Shown: positions 1 through 10,016 of the stretch, piece by piece
How the letters are laid out: each line of letters opens with the position of its first letter
How positions within the stretch are numbered: the stretch's first letter is position 1
NCBI GenBank assembly: GCA_963786935.1
Contig: CAWBAN010000002.1
Span: 192,001-256,000, forward strand
DNA from: an uncultured bacterium
GTDB lineage: Bacteria; Krumholzibacteriota; Krumholzibacteriia; Krumholzibacteriales; Krumholzibacteriaceae
DNA: 64,000 nucleotides
Reading direction: 5' to 3'
Notes under the pieces: generated by a model
Databases searched by the model: none
Told to the model about the DNA's origin: nothing
Seen by the model: the letters and a program-made list of their open reading frames with translations, nothing else
Translations under genes and position numbers: made by a program

Positions 1-2
1 AG

Positions 3-1169
3 AGTCCCTACGACAAGAGCAGCTACTACTTCGAGTTTACGTGCCTCCCGACGATGACGAGTGACATGCTCTATGTCGACGATTACGACGGGATCGGATC
101 GTTCGACGGCCTCGTGCAGAATTATTTTGACAGAACCTTCAAGGACGTCATAGTGCCGCCCTTCTATCCCGACCGCTACGACGTGAAGGCGCCCGGGTCG
201 CTCGTCTCGAACAGCCTCGCGAGCCGCGCGCGCCTGAGCCATCTGCTCGAGATATACAATCTCGTCATCTGGGACAGCGGCGATCTCTCCGCAGGAACGA
301 TCTGCGACGGCACGGCGGGCGGGGACAAGAGCGACGACTGCACGCTGCTGGCGGCCTGGATGGATGCGGCCGAGGGAAACCAGCACGGCGTTTGGATCCT
401 CGGCGACAACGTGGCGGAGGATCTCACCGCGCGGACTTCGCCGCAGAGCCAGGCGCTCCTCGGCACGTGGTGCGGCGTCTCGCTGAAGAACGGGAGCTAT
501 TTCAAGCTGACGGGCAAGGGCGTCGTGACGCCGCTCGTCACGGGCGTCTCGAGTACGTTCATGCACGCCGGCGTGTCCGACAAATTCTACGTCTACGGGG
601 GCTGCCCCGGGCTGAACGCCTTCGACGTTCTCGAGAAAGTGGGAACCGGCCAGTACGCGCTCAAGTATCCGGACTACGGCGGCTCGGCCCAGTATGCGGC
701 GATTCAGGCCGAGCGCACGAACGGCGTCGGCGTGGTCTCGAGAGCGATGTGGTTCGGATTCAGCTTGATGTTCATGCGCGACGACGTCCCGGGCGCGCCG
801 GTAGACCGCAACCATATCTACCGCGACGTCACGAGGGGGTGGCTGATGGGAACTCTCACCTGGCCGAATATCACCGGTGCGGATGCGCCGAAGGCATACG
901 CCCTCGCCCAGAACTTCCCGAACCCCTTCAATCCCTCGACGACGATTCGCTACGACATGAAGGCGAAGGGGCTCGTGACGGTGAAGATCTACGACGTCGC
1001 CGGAAGGCTCGTGCGGACGCTCGTGAACGAGGCGAAGGATGCGGGCGCCTATGCTGCGGTCTGGGACGGCCGGAACAACGGCGGCGTCGGCGTGGCGAGC
1101 GGGATCTATTTCTACAAGATGGAGACCAGCGCGTTCAGCGCGACGAAGAAGCTCGTTTTATTGCGATAG
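3..1169 (+). CDS. Secreted protein with C-terminal FlgD-Ig/T9SS type A-like domain (5' truncated by window edge); paralog of next gene
   Basis: Frame open from position 3 (YFEFTCLPT, also in the downstream paralog). Ends LAQNFPNPFNPSTTI...YDVAGRLVRTLV...WDG...ASGIYFYK...KKLVLLR. Confidence 0.85.
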   Translation, partial: SPYDKSSYYFEFTCLPTMTSDMLYVDDYDGIGSFDGLVQNYFDRTFKDVIVPPFYPDRYDVKAPGSLVSNSLASRARLSHLLEIYNLVIWDSGDLSAGTICDGTAGGDKSDDCTLLAAWMDAAEGNQHGVWILGDNVAEDLTARTSPQSQALLGTWCGVSLKNGSYFKLTGKGVVTPLVTGVSSTFMHAGVSDKFYVYGGCPGLNAFDVLEKVGTGQYALKYPDYGGSAQYAAIQAERTNGVGVVSRAMWFGFSLMFMRDDVPGAPVDRNHIYRDVTRGWLMGTLTWPNITGADAPKAYALAQNFPNPFNPSTTIRYDMKAKGLVTVKIYDVAGRLVRTLVNEAKDAGAYAAVWDGRNNGGVGVASGIYFYKMETSAFSATKKLVLLR

Positions 1170-1220
1170 ATGCCGGCGGAATCCGGCGGGAACGAACGCG
1201 TGTCCTGAAACGATGGGGGT

Positions 1221-4200
1221 ATGGACATGAAGGCTCTCTCGGCGATCCTCGCAATCGCGATGCTCGCGCTGTGTCTTTCCATGCCTGCGGCGGCGCGAGA
1301 TCCGCTCAAGCAGGAGCTCAGTATCCACCGCTCGGAGCAGCCGCCGTCCCCGGGGGAATTCGACGAGTTTCTCGATCCGGGGCTCCGCGAGTTCACGGAA
1401 GCGGCGGTCGACACCTACTGCATCGTCTGGTACACCTTCGAGCAAATGAACTGGCAGGGATGGACGAGATTCGACGCCACCGCCCAGCGCGGAGACTTCT
1501 GGCACGTCGACGATTTCGTCGGTCTCGGCGGGGGGAGCTACGGCGGTCTCGTCCCGATCGAGGGAACGAAGTCAATGTGGTGCGGCGTACGCCCGAGCAC
1601 GACCGATCCGTATCTCTGCTCGTGGCACGACGCTCCCGGTTACGGCAACGACTGGATTCAGTATCTCGGCACGGCCTCGTTCAACTTCGCCGGCACGATT
1701 ACGCTCTCGTATCGGATGCATTACGACTCGGAGCCGGACTACGACTACACGCGGGTCGAGTACGACGCGGGCGGCAACGATTGGCGGCTCCTTGCCGAGT
1801 ATACCGGCGCGGGCGACACGATCGGCGCGGACGTCATCAGATCGGCCCGCGTGAAGACGAAGCTCCGTTTCCGCTTCACCTCCGATGGCGCCTGGAGCGA
1901 CGACGACGGCCTCTGGAACACGGACGGAGGCTGCATCGTGGACGCGATACGCGTGCAGGACGCGGCCGCGCTCAATAACTATCAGGATTTCGAGGCCGCC
2001 GCCATCGGGGCGAAGATCGCCGGGATTTGGACGGGAAAGGCAGAGCCGGGGTACGGCATGTGTTCGGGCCTCAAGAACAATCTCTCGGACAAGGATCCCT
2101 GCAACGACAACTTCGCGACGCAGATCGTCTTCATTGTCGGTTCGCCGATGCCTTGTGATCCATGGGGGGGGCTGTGCGACACGCCGTTTTGCATGGGCAC
2201 GGGCGGCGTTAAAGCTCCGTGTCAGAACGAGCTCGTCATGTCGCCCGTCATCGACATGACGAAGTACTCGACTGCGTGCAACGGCACGCAGAACGCGAGC
2301 ATTCCCGCCGGCGATCTCTCGCAGCTCGGCGGCGCCACACTCCGCTTCACGGTCTATCGCGATCTGCCCCTCGAGAACCTCGTGTTCTATCGGTGGCACG
2401 TGAGGAGCGTTGTGGGCGGGTGTCCGGGGCAGTGGCGCGACGATGGACAATTCAATTACGGAGCCGAGGAGGCGTACGTAATCGAGGATAAGAACGTCAG
2501 CGCATACGTCGGGAGCGCCCCCATCCAGATAGGACTCCGCGTCGTCGACATGTGCGACGAGTGGTATCTGATCTACGGGAACTGTGCATCGCACACGCCC
2601 ACGCCTTGGTTCGACAACGTCCGGCTGTATCGCTACAAGACGTTCGGTCCGCAGTGGAGCTACCGGGACATCGATCTCTTTCAGGACAACTTCCCCGAGC
2701 AGGAGTTCGCGATCGAAAGCTACGTGCGCGCCGACGCGGCGAACGATCTCAATGCCAACGACGATCCCTCCATACGCCCCGGAGATTCGATCGTCGTCGA
2801 CTGCAGCTCGCTCCTCGCCGGCGGACTTGCGATGGATCCGGGCGGGGGCCCCGCGGTCTATATGCACGCGAAGTGTTCCTATATCGGGCCGGCGCCGCTG
2901 AAGCCGGCGCTTTTCGGGCCGTCTCTCGCCGGCAGCGTCGTGACCGGGCCTTTCGGCGGGCAGTATACGATCGATTTCAATTATGTGAGCGACGACGGCG
3001 TTTGGACGATCATTCAGGGAGACACGGCGCGGACCGCTGGAGGCATTCTCGAGGGCGAGTACATGTTCGATCTGGACGACGCCCTCTTCACGAGGGGCTA
3101 CATGATCGAATACTATTTCACCGCGCTCGACGTTTCGGGACAGGAGTCGGCGCTCCCGCGCTGGGCGCGGTCGTTCGGGCCGTACTTCGAGTTCACGTGC
3201 CTGCCGACGACGAACAGCGACGTCCTCTTCGTCGACGATTACGGCCGGCGCGGAACGTTCGTGGGAACGGTCGAGGACTACTGGATGGCCACGTTTAGGC
3301 ATGTCCTGCCGGCTCCGAACGCGATTGTAGACAAGTACGACGTCAACGATCCGTCGTCCGGAAGCTCCAACGGCTTGGGAAGCCGCGCGAAGCTGAAGCA
3401 TCTCATCGATCACTACAACATCATCGTATGGGACAGCGGCGACCTCGAAACCATCACGATCAGTGACGGCACGACGAACAGCGACAAGTCGAACGACTGC
3501 CAGGTGCTCATCGACTGGATGAGCATCAGCGAGCACATCTGCGGCCTCTGGATCTGCGGCGACGACGTTGCCGCGAACCTCGATGGGCTCGCGTCGACCC
3601 CGGCGCTCGAGCTCATGAGCACGTGGTGCGGCGTCGATTTCGTCGCGACGAGCTACTTCGAGGCGAGCGGCGGGCGTACGGGAGGCGGCATCGTGACACC
3701 GCTTCTCACGGGATCTGCCGATGCGAATATCTTCAGGCACGGCGGCGTGCCCGACATGCTGTACGCGTACGGCGGCTGCCCGATCGTCAACAAGTTCGAC
3801 GTGCTCGAGAAGACGGCCAACGGCAAGTACGCGCTCAGCTATCCCGTTTACAACTCGGTGAACCGGTATGCGGCGGTTGCGTGCAGGCAGCAGAACTCGG
3901 GCGGATACAATGTGAATACCATGTGGTTCGGATTCAGCTGGCAGTACGTCCGTGATGATGTCCGCGTGGCGCCGATCGACCGGTTCGAGATTGCGCATGA
4001 CGTGCTGAATTTCATGCAGGTGCCCGGCAACGTCGACATCACGCAGTCCGCGATTCCGAAGGCCTACCGGCTCGCCCAGAACTTCCCGAACCCGTTCAAT
4101 CCCTCGACGACGATCAAGTACGACATGAAGGCGAAGGGGCTCGTGACGGTGAAGATCTACGACGTCGCGGGGCGTCTCGTGCGGACGCTCGTGAACGAGG

Positions 4201-4337
4201 TGAAGGATGCGGGCGCCTATGCTGCGGTCTGGGACGGCCGGAACAACGGCGGCGTCGGCGTGGCGAGCGGGATCTATTTCTACAAGATGGAGACCGCGGG
4301 CTTCGTCGCGACGAAGAAGCTCGTGATGCTGCGGTAA
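1221..4337 (+). CDS. Large Cys-rich secreted protein with C-terminal FlgD-Ig/T9SS type A-like domain
   Basis: 1038 aa, signal peptide, NFPNPFNP...SGIYFYK C-terminal domain; its C-terminal third aligns with the upstream ORF. Confidence 0.85.
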   Translation: MDMKALSAILAIAMLALCLSMPAAARDPLKQELSIHRSEQPPSPGEFDEFLDPGLREFTEAAVDTYCIVWYTFEQMNWQGWTRFDATAQRGDFWHVDDFVGLGGGSYGGLVPIEGTKSMWCGVRPSTTDPYLCSWHDAPGYGNDWIQYLGTASFNFAGTITLSYRMHYDSEPDYDYTRVEYDAGGNDWRLLAEYTGAGDTIGADVIRSARVKTKLRFRFTSDGAWSDDDGLWNTDGGCIVDAIRVQDAAALNNYQDFEAAAIGAKIAGIWTGKAEPGYGMCSGLKNNLSDKDPCNDNFATQIVFIVGSPMPCDPWGGLCDTPFCMGTGGVKAPCQNELVMSPVIDMTKYSTACNGTQNASIPAGDLSQLGGATLRFTVYRDLPLENLVFYRWHVRSVVGGCPGQWRDDGQFNYGAEEAYVIEDKNVSAYVGSAPIQIGLRVVDMCDEWYLIYGNCASHTPTPWFDNVRLYRYKTFGPQWSYRDIDLFQDNFPEQEFAIESYVRADAANDLNANDDPSIRPGDSIVVDCSSLLAGGLAMDPGGGPAVYMHAKCSYIGPAPLKPALFGPSLAGSVVTGPFGGQYTIDFNYVSDDGVWTIIQGDTARTAGGILEGEYMFDLDDALFTRGYMIEYYFTALDVSGQESALPRWARSFGPYFEFTCLPTTNSDVLFVDDYGRRGTFVGTVEDYWMATFRHVLPAPNAIVDKYDVNDPSSGSSNGLGSRAKLKHLIDHYNIIVWDSGDLETITISDGTTNSDKSNDCQVLIDWMSISEHICGLWICGDDVAANLDGLASTPALELMSTWCGVDFVATSYFEASGGRTGGGIVTPLLTGSADANIFRHGGVPDMLYAYGGCPIVNKFDVLEKTANGKYALSYPVYNSVNRYAAVACRQQNSGGYNVNTMWFGFSWQYVRDDVRVAPIDRFEIAHDVLNFMQVPGNVDITQSAIPKAYRLAQNFPNPFNPSTTIKYDMKAKGLVTVKIYDVAGRLVRTLVNEVKDAGAYAAVWDGRNNGGVGVASGIYFYKMETAGFVATKKLVMLR

Positions 4338-4397
4338 TGCAAGCTCGCGCCGAATTGAAGCGGAAGCCCGTTTAAGCGGCAGCAGGCATCAGACGAA

Positions 4398-4422
4398 AGG
4401 CCCGGCGTTTTCCGCCGGGCCT
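4398..4422. terminator. Hairpin terminator between convergent genes
   Basis: AGGCCCGGCG-TTTTC-CGCCGGGCCT, a perfect 10-bp stem. Confidence 0.6.
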
Positions 4423-4427
4423 CTCTA

Positions 4428-5858
4428 TTATTCGAAGTGCGCGTTGACGATCGGGAGCACCCGGAAGGGGGAGCGATTGTTCTTCGCGATGTTGACGAGC
4501 CCGAGCTGGATGCCGTTCAGTTCCTGAGCGACGTTCACGATGCCGATCGAGAGCCCCACCTGATAGTCGTCGAAGTAGTTGACGGCCCCTGCCGAGAAGC
4601 CCTCCATCGTGCGCGCCTTGACCAGGATGCCGGCGAGCATGGCGCCCCGCATCTCGTCCGCGCGAACGCAGATCCCCGCCGCGCCGAGCCCCCGCAGCTT
4701 TTCCTCGACGCCGATGTCGATTCCGTGGATGACGATCCACTCGGCGTTCCGCGCGCGGTTGCCCGCGTAGGAGATTCTGAACACGGAATCCTCGTCGTCT
4801 TCATCGTCCTCCTCGTCGTCGTTCGACGAATTCATCGTGGCGATCGCACCGATGACGCCGATCGCTATTCCCGAGATGTCGCCGTCCGCCATGACCGAGC
4901 CGGCCGAGAGGGCGATGCCGCTCATATCCTCCCCGGCAATGGCGGCGAGGCCGCCCACGGCGATCCCCGAGAAATATTCCTCGGATACGGACGCGAGGCC
5001 GCCGATCGAGATTCCGCTCATCGAGCCTTCCGCGACGGCGGCGAGCCCGCCGACGGCGATGCCATTCATCGAGCTTTCGCAGACCGCGGCGAGTCCGCCG
5101 ATCGCGATGCCGTTCGTCGGTCCCTCGGCGACGGCGGCCAGTCCGCCGACTGAAATGCCGTTCATCGGTCCTTCGGCGACCGCGGCGAGCCCGCCGAGGG
5201 AGATGCCGTCCTGCGGCCCTTCGGTCACGCTCGCGAGCCCGCCGGCCATGATGCCCGATGAGCTTCCCTCGGCGACCGCGGCCAGTCCGCCGATGGAAAT
5301 GCCGTTCAGCGTCCCCTCGATCACGCTCGCGAGGCCTCCGAAGGAGATGCCGTTCATCGAGCCCTCGGTCACGCCGGCGAGGCCGCCGAGCATGATTCCC
5401 GAGGCGCTCCCTTCGGAGACGGCCGCCAATCCGCCGACGGCGATGCCGCTGAAAGCTCCCTCGCTCACCGCGGCGAGCCCGCCGAGCGCTATGCCGGAGA
5501 GGCTCGAGCGGGCGGAGACCGCGAGTCCTCCGATGGAGATTCCGCTCAGCTCGTCCGCGCGCGGCGCGAGGAGCCCGAGGGAGATGCCGCGGATAATCGC
5601 GTCGTCGTTGTCTCCGGGCTTCCAAAGGGTGATGTTGATCCCGTTGATCTCCTCGACGTCCTCGTCGACGAGGTTGAATCGCAGCCCGTCGAACCGCGCG
5701 GAGTTGCCGAAACTGACGCCGAAGTCGTTCACGGCGAGATCGAGGCTCTTGTGGGAGGAACGACCGCCGTCGTCACGTTCGATCGGGGCCGCCGCGGCCT
5801 CTGCGAGCGGATATGTCAGAAGAACGATGAAAATGGAGAGAGGCAGAATGCGTCTCAT
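4428..5858 (-). CDS. Secreted beta-solenoid repeat protein (LA_2272-like surface repeat)
   Basis: Start MRRILPLS with signal peptide. About 14 tandem 16-aa repeats GI(S/A)xGGLAAVxEGxxx. C-terminal GLSIGIVN...GIQLGLVN...LPIVN. Confidence 0.7.
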   Translation of the reverse strand: MRRILPLSIFIVLLTYPLAEAAAAPIERDDGGRSSHKSLDLAVNDFGVSFGNSARFDGLRFNLVDEDVEEINGINITLWKPGDNDDAIIRGISLGLLAPRADELSGISIGGLAVSARSSLSGIALGGLAAVSEGAFSGIAVGGLAAVSEGSASGIMLGGLAGVTEGSMNGISFGGLASVIEGTLNGISIGGLAAVAEGSSSGIMAGGLASVTEGPQDGISLGGLAAVAEGPMNGISVGGLAAVAEGPTNGIAIGGLAAVCESSMNGIAVGGLAAVAEGSMSGISIGGLASVSEEYFSGIAVGGLAAIAGEDMSGIALSAGSVMADGDISGIAIGVIGAIATMNSSNDDEEDDEDDEDSVFRISYAGNRARNAEWIVIHGIDIGVEEKLRGLGAAGICVRADEMRGAMLAGILVKARTMEGFSAGAVNYFDDYQVGLSIGIVNVAQELNGIQLGLVNIAKNNRSPFRVLPIVNAHFE

Positions 5859-6081
5859 GCGGATCACCTTTCTCGAATAGCTGACGGCCGGGTCACGGTC
5901 CGGTCCCCATCGATTCCTCAATATACCATATACTACGCAAGGTCCCCGTGAATGTTCCGGGCGAAAACGCGCATCGAGGGAGCCCGCCGCCGACGCTCCG
6001 GGCGAGAACGGGAGGCCCGGCGGAGCCGATCCCTTGCCGCAGCGACGCCGCTGTGATAGTGTGCGCCGATAGAGGTTTGCG

Positions 6082-8313
6082 TTGATAAAGCGACATGCAT
6101 CCATAATCCTGGCCGCCATCGTATCCGTCGCGCTCTTCGTGCGGCTCTGGTTCGCGCTCACCTGCATGGCGATCCCCGATTTCAGCGACATGGCCTTCTA
6201 CAACGAAGTGGCGCTTCGCCCGGGATTTCCCGGCGATCTGCCGCCGGGCTATCCGCTGTTCCTGAGGGGGATATACGCGATCTTCGGGGCGCACAACTAC
6301 CGGGCGGTTTTCACCGTTCAAGCGCTCCTCAGCACCCTCACCGTTTTCATGATCTATCGCGTCGGCCGCGCCGTGAGCGGCGAACGCGCCGGGCTCATCG
6401 CCGCCGCCGTCGCGGCCGTCTATCCGAATTTCATCATCTACAACCTGACGACGTTGACCGAGACGGTCAGCGTTCTCTTCGTCGTGGCGCTGCTCGGCGC
6501 GATCGTATCGGGCATCAGGGAGGGGGTGAAGCCGATAGCCGCCGCGGCGATCGTCCTCGCCGGATGCCTGTTCCGCCCCGCGCTGCTTTTCTTCGCGCCC
6601 GGCGCGATGCTCGCGCTCAGGAAACGCCTGATCTTCGCCGCCATTCTCGCGGCCGTCGCGATTCCCGTGCTGCTCTTCGGCTCGACCTTCGGCGGCATCG
6701 TGCAGCGGGGCTCGCTCTGCCTCTACAAGGCGTACAACCCGAGCGCGACCGGCGCGGGGTACGTGGATCCCGTGAACACGGAGCTCGGTCGCGACGACCT
6801 GCCGAGCGCGACGTATCTCCGGGCCGCGTTCGAATTCATCCGCAGCCACGCGTGGCAGGCCGTCGATCTCGTCTACGCGAAAGCGTCGCTTCTCTTGAGC
6901 AGCGGATGGGACATGGCCGTCATGCGGCCGATCGTCGGCCCCGGAAGGAACCGCGCCCATATTCTTGCTTACGCGGCGGTGCCGATTATGGTGCTCGGTC
7001 TGGCGGGAATGATCGTGCATCACCGCGAGCGGACGAAGGCGCTGACCTTCCTCGCCCTGAGCTATCTCGCCGTCATCATCCTCTTCTCGATTTTCAAATT
7101 GAGGTACCGCCTGCTCGTTGAGCCGATCGCGATCGTCTATGCGGGGATTCTCCTCAGGCATGCGCTCGGCCGGCGCGGAACGAAGGGGATTGAGGGGCCG
7201 AGGCCGACGTCGGAGGCATCGCGGCCATCGACGGCGACCCCGCGGCCTGCGGCGACGTTCACGCGGCGGGCGGCGTGGTCGCTCGCTCTCGTATGCCTTG
7301 TCGGGCTCGCGCTCCGCGTCTATCCGGCGATCGCCGGCGATTCGACCTTTCTGACGCCCCGAGTCATGCAGGCGAGCCGCGCGGCGGTCGAATCGGATCT
7401 CGGGAGCGATACGCCTCCTCTCTATCCGCTGTTTCTCAAGGGGATGGCCGCCATGGCGGGGGGGATCGACTTCCGGGCCGTCTTCATCCTGCAGGGGATC
7501 CTCGGCGCGTGCGCGGCGCTTCTCCTGTATGCGGCCGTCGCCCGTCTCGCGGGACGCCGGGCCGGTTTTATCGCGGCGGCGCTCGCCGCGATCTATCCGC
7601 CGCTCATTATGTATGGCCTCGCGCCCACGCCCGAGCCGTTCGTCGTCGTAGTCGTCTGCGCGATCATGGCGGTCGCCGCGTCGCGCCTGAGCGACGGACG
7701 AAAGGCCGCGGCCCTCGGCGCGCTCGCCGCCGCCGGTATCCTCCTGAAGCCGGCGCTCGTCTGCCTTGCGCCGGGCTTGTTGCTGGCGACGAAGCGTCGG
7801 CGTCTGTGTCTTCTCGTCCTCATGCTCGCGCTCGTTCCCTTCACCGCGATCTACCTTGCCCGATCCGGGAAAATCGAGCCCGTATACACGGCGGGCGTCT
7901 TTCCTCTCGGCTTTATTCCCTGGGTGAACGCTCAGGACGCATGGAGCGTGTTGGACGCCCTCTACTCGAACGCCGCCGCCTTATTCGGGCGGGGATTCAA
8001 TATCGATCCGTACCTCGGCCCCGGGGGCGCGCTTGGCGGGAGCACGACCAGCGGCGCGTCCGGCTTCGGCGCGCGGCACCTCGCCGCGTATGGCTATCAG
8101 GTCGTCATGCTCGCCGGTTTCGTCGGGCTGCTGCGGCGATACCGTCCGGAGCACCGCGCGATCGTGATGACGCTCGGGCTGTACGTCGCGGCGCTCGTGC
8201 TGCTCTCGCGATTCGGGCTCGATTATCGCGTGCCGCTCGAGCCGCTGTTCATCGCCTATGCCGCGATCCTGCTGGGGGAAAAGTCGAGTAGCTCCGTGGT
8301 GGAGGGGAAATGA
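6082..8313 (+). CDS. ArnT/PMT-like (GT-C fold) membrane glycosyltransferase, internally duplicated
   Basis: Polytopic. The motifs PP(G/L)YPLFL.G...RAVF..Q and AG.IAAA.AA.YP each occur twice. Confidence 0.7.
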   Translation: MIKRHASIILAAIVSVALFVRLWFALTCMAIPDFSDMAFYNEVALRPGFPGDLPPGYPLFLRGIYAIFGAHNYRAVFTVQALLSTLTVFMIYRVGRAVSGERAGLIAAAVAAVYPNFIIYNLTTLTETVSVLFVVALLGAIVSGIREGVKPIAAAAIVLAGCLFRPALLFFAPGAMLALRKRLIFAAILAAVAIPVLLFGSTFGGIVQRGSLCLYKAYNPSATGAGYVDPVNTELGRDDLPSATYLRAAFEFIRSHAWQAVDLVYAKASLLLSSGWDMAVMRPIVGPGRNRAHILAYAAVPIMVLGLAGMIVHHRERTKALTFLALSYLAVIILFSIFKLRYRLLVEPIAIVYAGILLRHALGRRGTKGIEGPRPTSEASRPSTATPRPAATFTRRAAWSLALVCLVGLALRVYPAIAGDSTFLTPRVMQASRAAVESDLGSDTPPLYPLFLKGMAAMAGGIDFRAVFILQGILGACAALLLYAAVARLAGRRAGFIAAALAAIYPPLIMYGLAPTPEPFVVVVVCAIMAVAASRLSDGRKAAALGALAAAGILLKPALVCLAPGLLLATKRRRLCLLVLMLALVPFTAIYLARSGKIEPVYTAGVFPLGFIPWVNAQDAWSVLDALYSNAAALFGRGFNIDPYLGPGGALGGSTTSGASGFGARHLAAYGYQVVMLAGFVGLLRRYRPEHRAIVMTLGLYVAALVLLSRFGLDYRVPLEPLFIAYAAILLGEKSSSSVVEGK

Positions 8314-8558
8314 AGAAGCTCCGGGCGGCGATTCTTTTCCTGTGCGCGATCCTCGTCGCTGCGCTCGTCCTGTTTCCGCCGTGGTGGGGCCGGACCGAGG
8401 GTGGCCGCGATCTCTACTATGGATATCATTTCATCCTGTCGCCGCCGAGCCACCATCCCCGCATCGACTACGCGCGCGTCATCGGGCCCATCGCCGCCGT
8501 CTGCCTCATGGCCTACCTCGCCGTCCGGGAGCTGGGGGCGAATGATCAAGGCGGATGA
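8310..8558 (+). CDS. Small membrane protein
   Basis: 82 aa, two hydrophobic segments, ATGA overlap with the upstream stop. Confidence 0.6.
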   Translation: MKKLRAAILFLCAILVAALVLFPPWWGRTEGGRDLYYGYHFILSPPSHHPRIDYARVIGPIAAVCLMAYLAVRELGANDQGG

Positions 8559-8652
8559 TCGGGCAGCTTGAAATTGCACCGAATTTTGTGATAGGCTTCT
8601 CGCGACTCACCAGTCCGCATTTCGTTGCATTATGACGTGGAGGTGCCGGCCC

Positions 8653-9945
8653 ATGAAGAATCTCGTTACGCTGTTCGTCATGGCTCTTCCGCTCCTCTTT
8701 TCCTGCAACAAGAACAGCAGCCCCACGACGCCGGTCGCGCCGGCGCAGGCGGATTACGTCGTTCTTGCGTGGAACGACCTGGGGATGCACTGCCTCAATC
8801 CCTCGTACGACAAGCTCGTCGTGCTTCCGCCGTACAACACGGTATGGGCGCAGGTCGTCAAGCGGGGCGCGACGCCGCAGATCGTGACGGCGGGCATCAC
8901 CGTCGAGTACGCCATCGAGGGAAACACCTACTCGTACGGCAAGGGCAACTACGCGCAGTTCTGGGACAACGCGGTGAAGCTCTTCGGGACGATCTTCGGA
9001 ATCACGAGTCTCGCACATGACGTCGGGCTCACGGGGAACGGTCTCGCGGGAGAAATGAAGCCCGCCGGGGATCATTTCGTGGTCGACGGAATTCCGCTCA
9101 CCCCGATCAAGGACGACGGCACGTGGGATCCTTATCAGGTCGCCGTCATCACCGTCAAGGACGCGCAGGGAACGGTCCTCGCGTCGACGAAAACGGTCGT
9201 TCCTACATCCGAGGAAATGCATTGCGAGAAGTGCCACGGCTCCAATCCGTTTCAGGACATCATGGCGAAGCACGACGAAGAGCACGCCACCGATCTCGCG
9301 GGAACCGTCCCGCGCCTCTGCGCCGACTGCCACGGATCCCCCGCGCTCGGGCTCATGGATCCCGGCACGTCGGGGATATTCCTGTCGAAGGCGGTTCACG
9401 GCTTCCACGCGGACAAGGGCGCCTCGTGCTACGATTGCCACCCCGGCCCGCAGACGAAGTGCAGCCGCAGCGAGAGGCACACCTCCGCGGACGGCAACTG
9501 TGTGTGGTGCCACAGCACCATGGCGCAGGTGGCGGGCTCGATCCCGGCCACGCGCATTCCCTGGGTGAACGAGCCGAAGTGCGCGATGTGCCACGACGCC
9601 ACGGACGTGGACACGGGCAGTCTCCTCTACCGGAACGATGCCGGGCACGGCGGCCTTTACTGCGCCGCCTGCCACGGGAGCCCGCACGCGATGATCCCGT
9701 CGCAGAACGCGCGGGACAACCACCAGTCGCTCCAGTATCAGGGATCCACGGGCGTCGTGAAGTCGATCGGGAGCTGCGGGGTCTGCCACGAAAGCTCGCG
9801 CGGCGAGTCGGAAATCGGGGATTTCGCCGAGGAGCACGGCGGGACGTCGCCCAAGAAGATGAACGGCTGCCACATCTGCCATACGTCGGTTTCGACGAAT
9901 ACGGCGAAATGGCCGCACGCCTTCACGTGGAAGAACAGCAACTAG
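8653..9945 (+). CDS. Octaheme c-type cytochrome lipoprotein
   Basis: GGAGG RBS, lipobox LLFSC, 8 CxxCH motifs, N-terminal AWNDLGMHC...LPPYNT domain. Confidence 0.85.
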   Translation: MKNLVTLFVMALPLLFSCNKNSSPTTPVAPAQADYVVLAWNDLGMHCLNPSYDKLVVLPPYNTVWAQVVKRGATPQIVTAGITVEYAIEGNTYSYGKGNYAQFWDNAVKLFGTIFGITSLAHDVGLTGNGLAGEMKPAGDHFVVDGIPLTPIKDDGTWDPYQVAVITVKDAQGTVLASTKTVVPTSEEMHCEKCHGSNPFQDIMAKHDEEHATDLAGTVPRLCADCHGSPALGLMDPGTSGIFLSKAVHGFHADKGASCYDCHPGPQTKCSRSERHTSADGNCVWCHSTMAQVAGSIPATRIPWVNEPKCAMCHDATDVDTGSLLYRNDAGHGGLYCAACHGSPHAMIPSQNARDNHQSLQYQGSTGVVKSIGSCGVCHESSRGESEIGDFAEEHGGTSPKKMNGCHICHTSVSTNTAKWPHAFTWKNSN

Positions 9946-10016
9946 GGCTCGGCGGGCGAATGCCCGGCCGGGAAATCGCATCCGCGGCGGCTCCGGCCGC
10001 CCGCGCGGATCCGCCC

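Noticed and set aside
903..4325. Repeat pair as DGR template/variable repeats
   Set aside because: Mismatches are not adenine-specific, both copies are coding, and there is no reverse transcriptase in the window.
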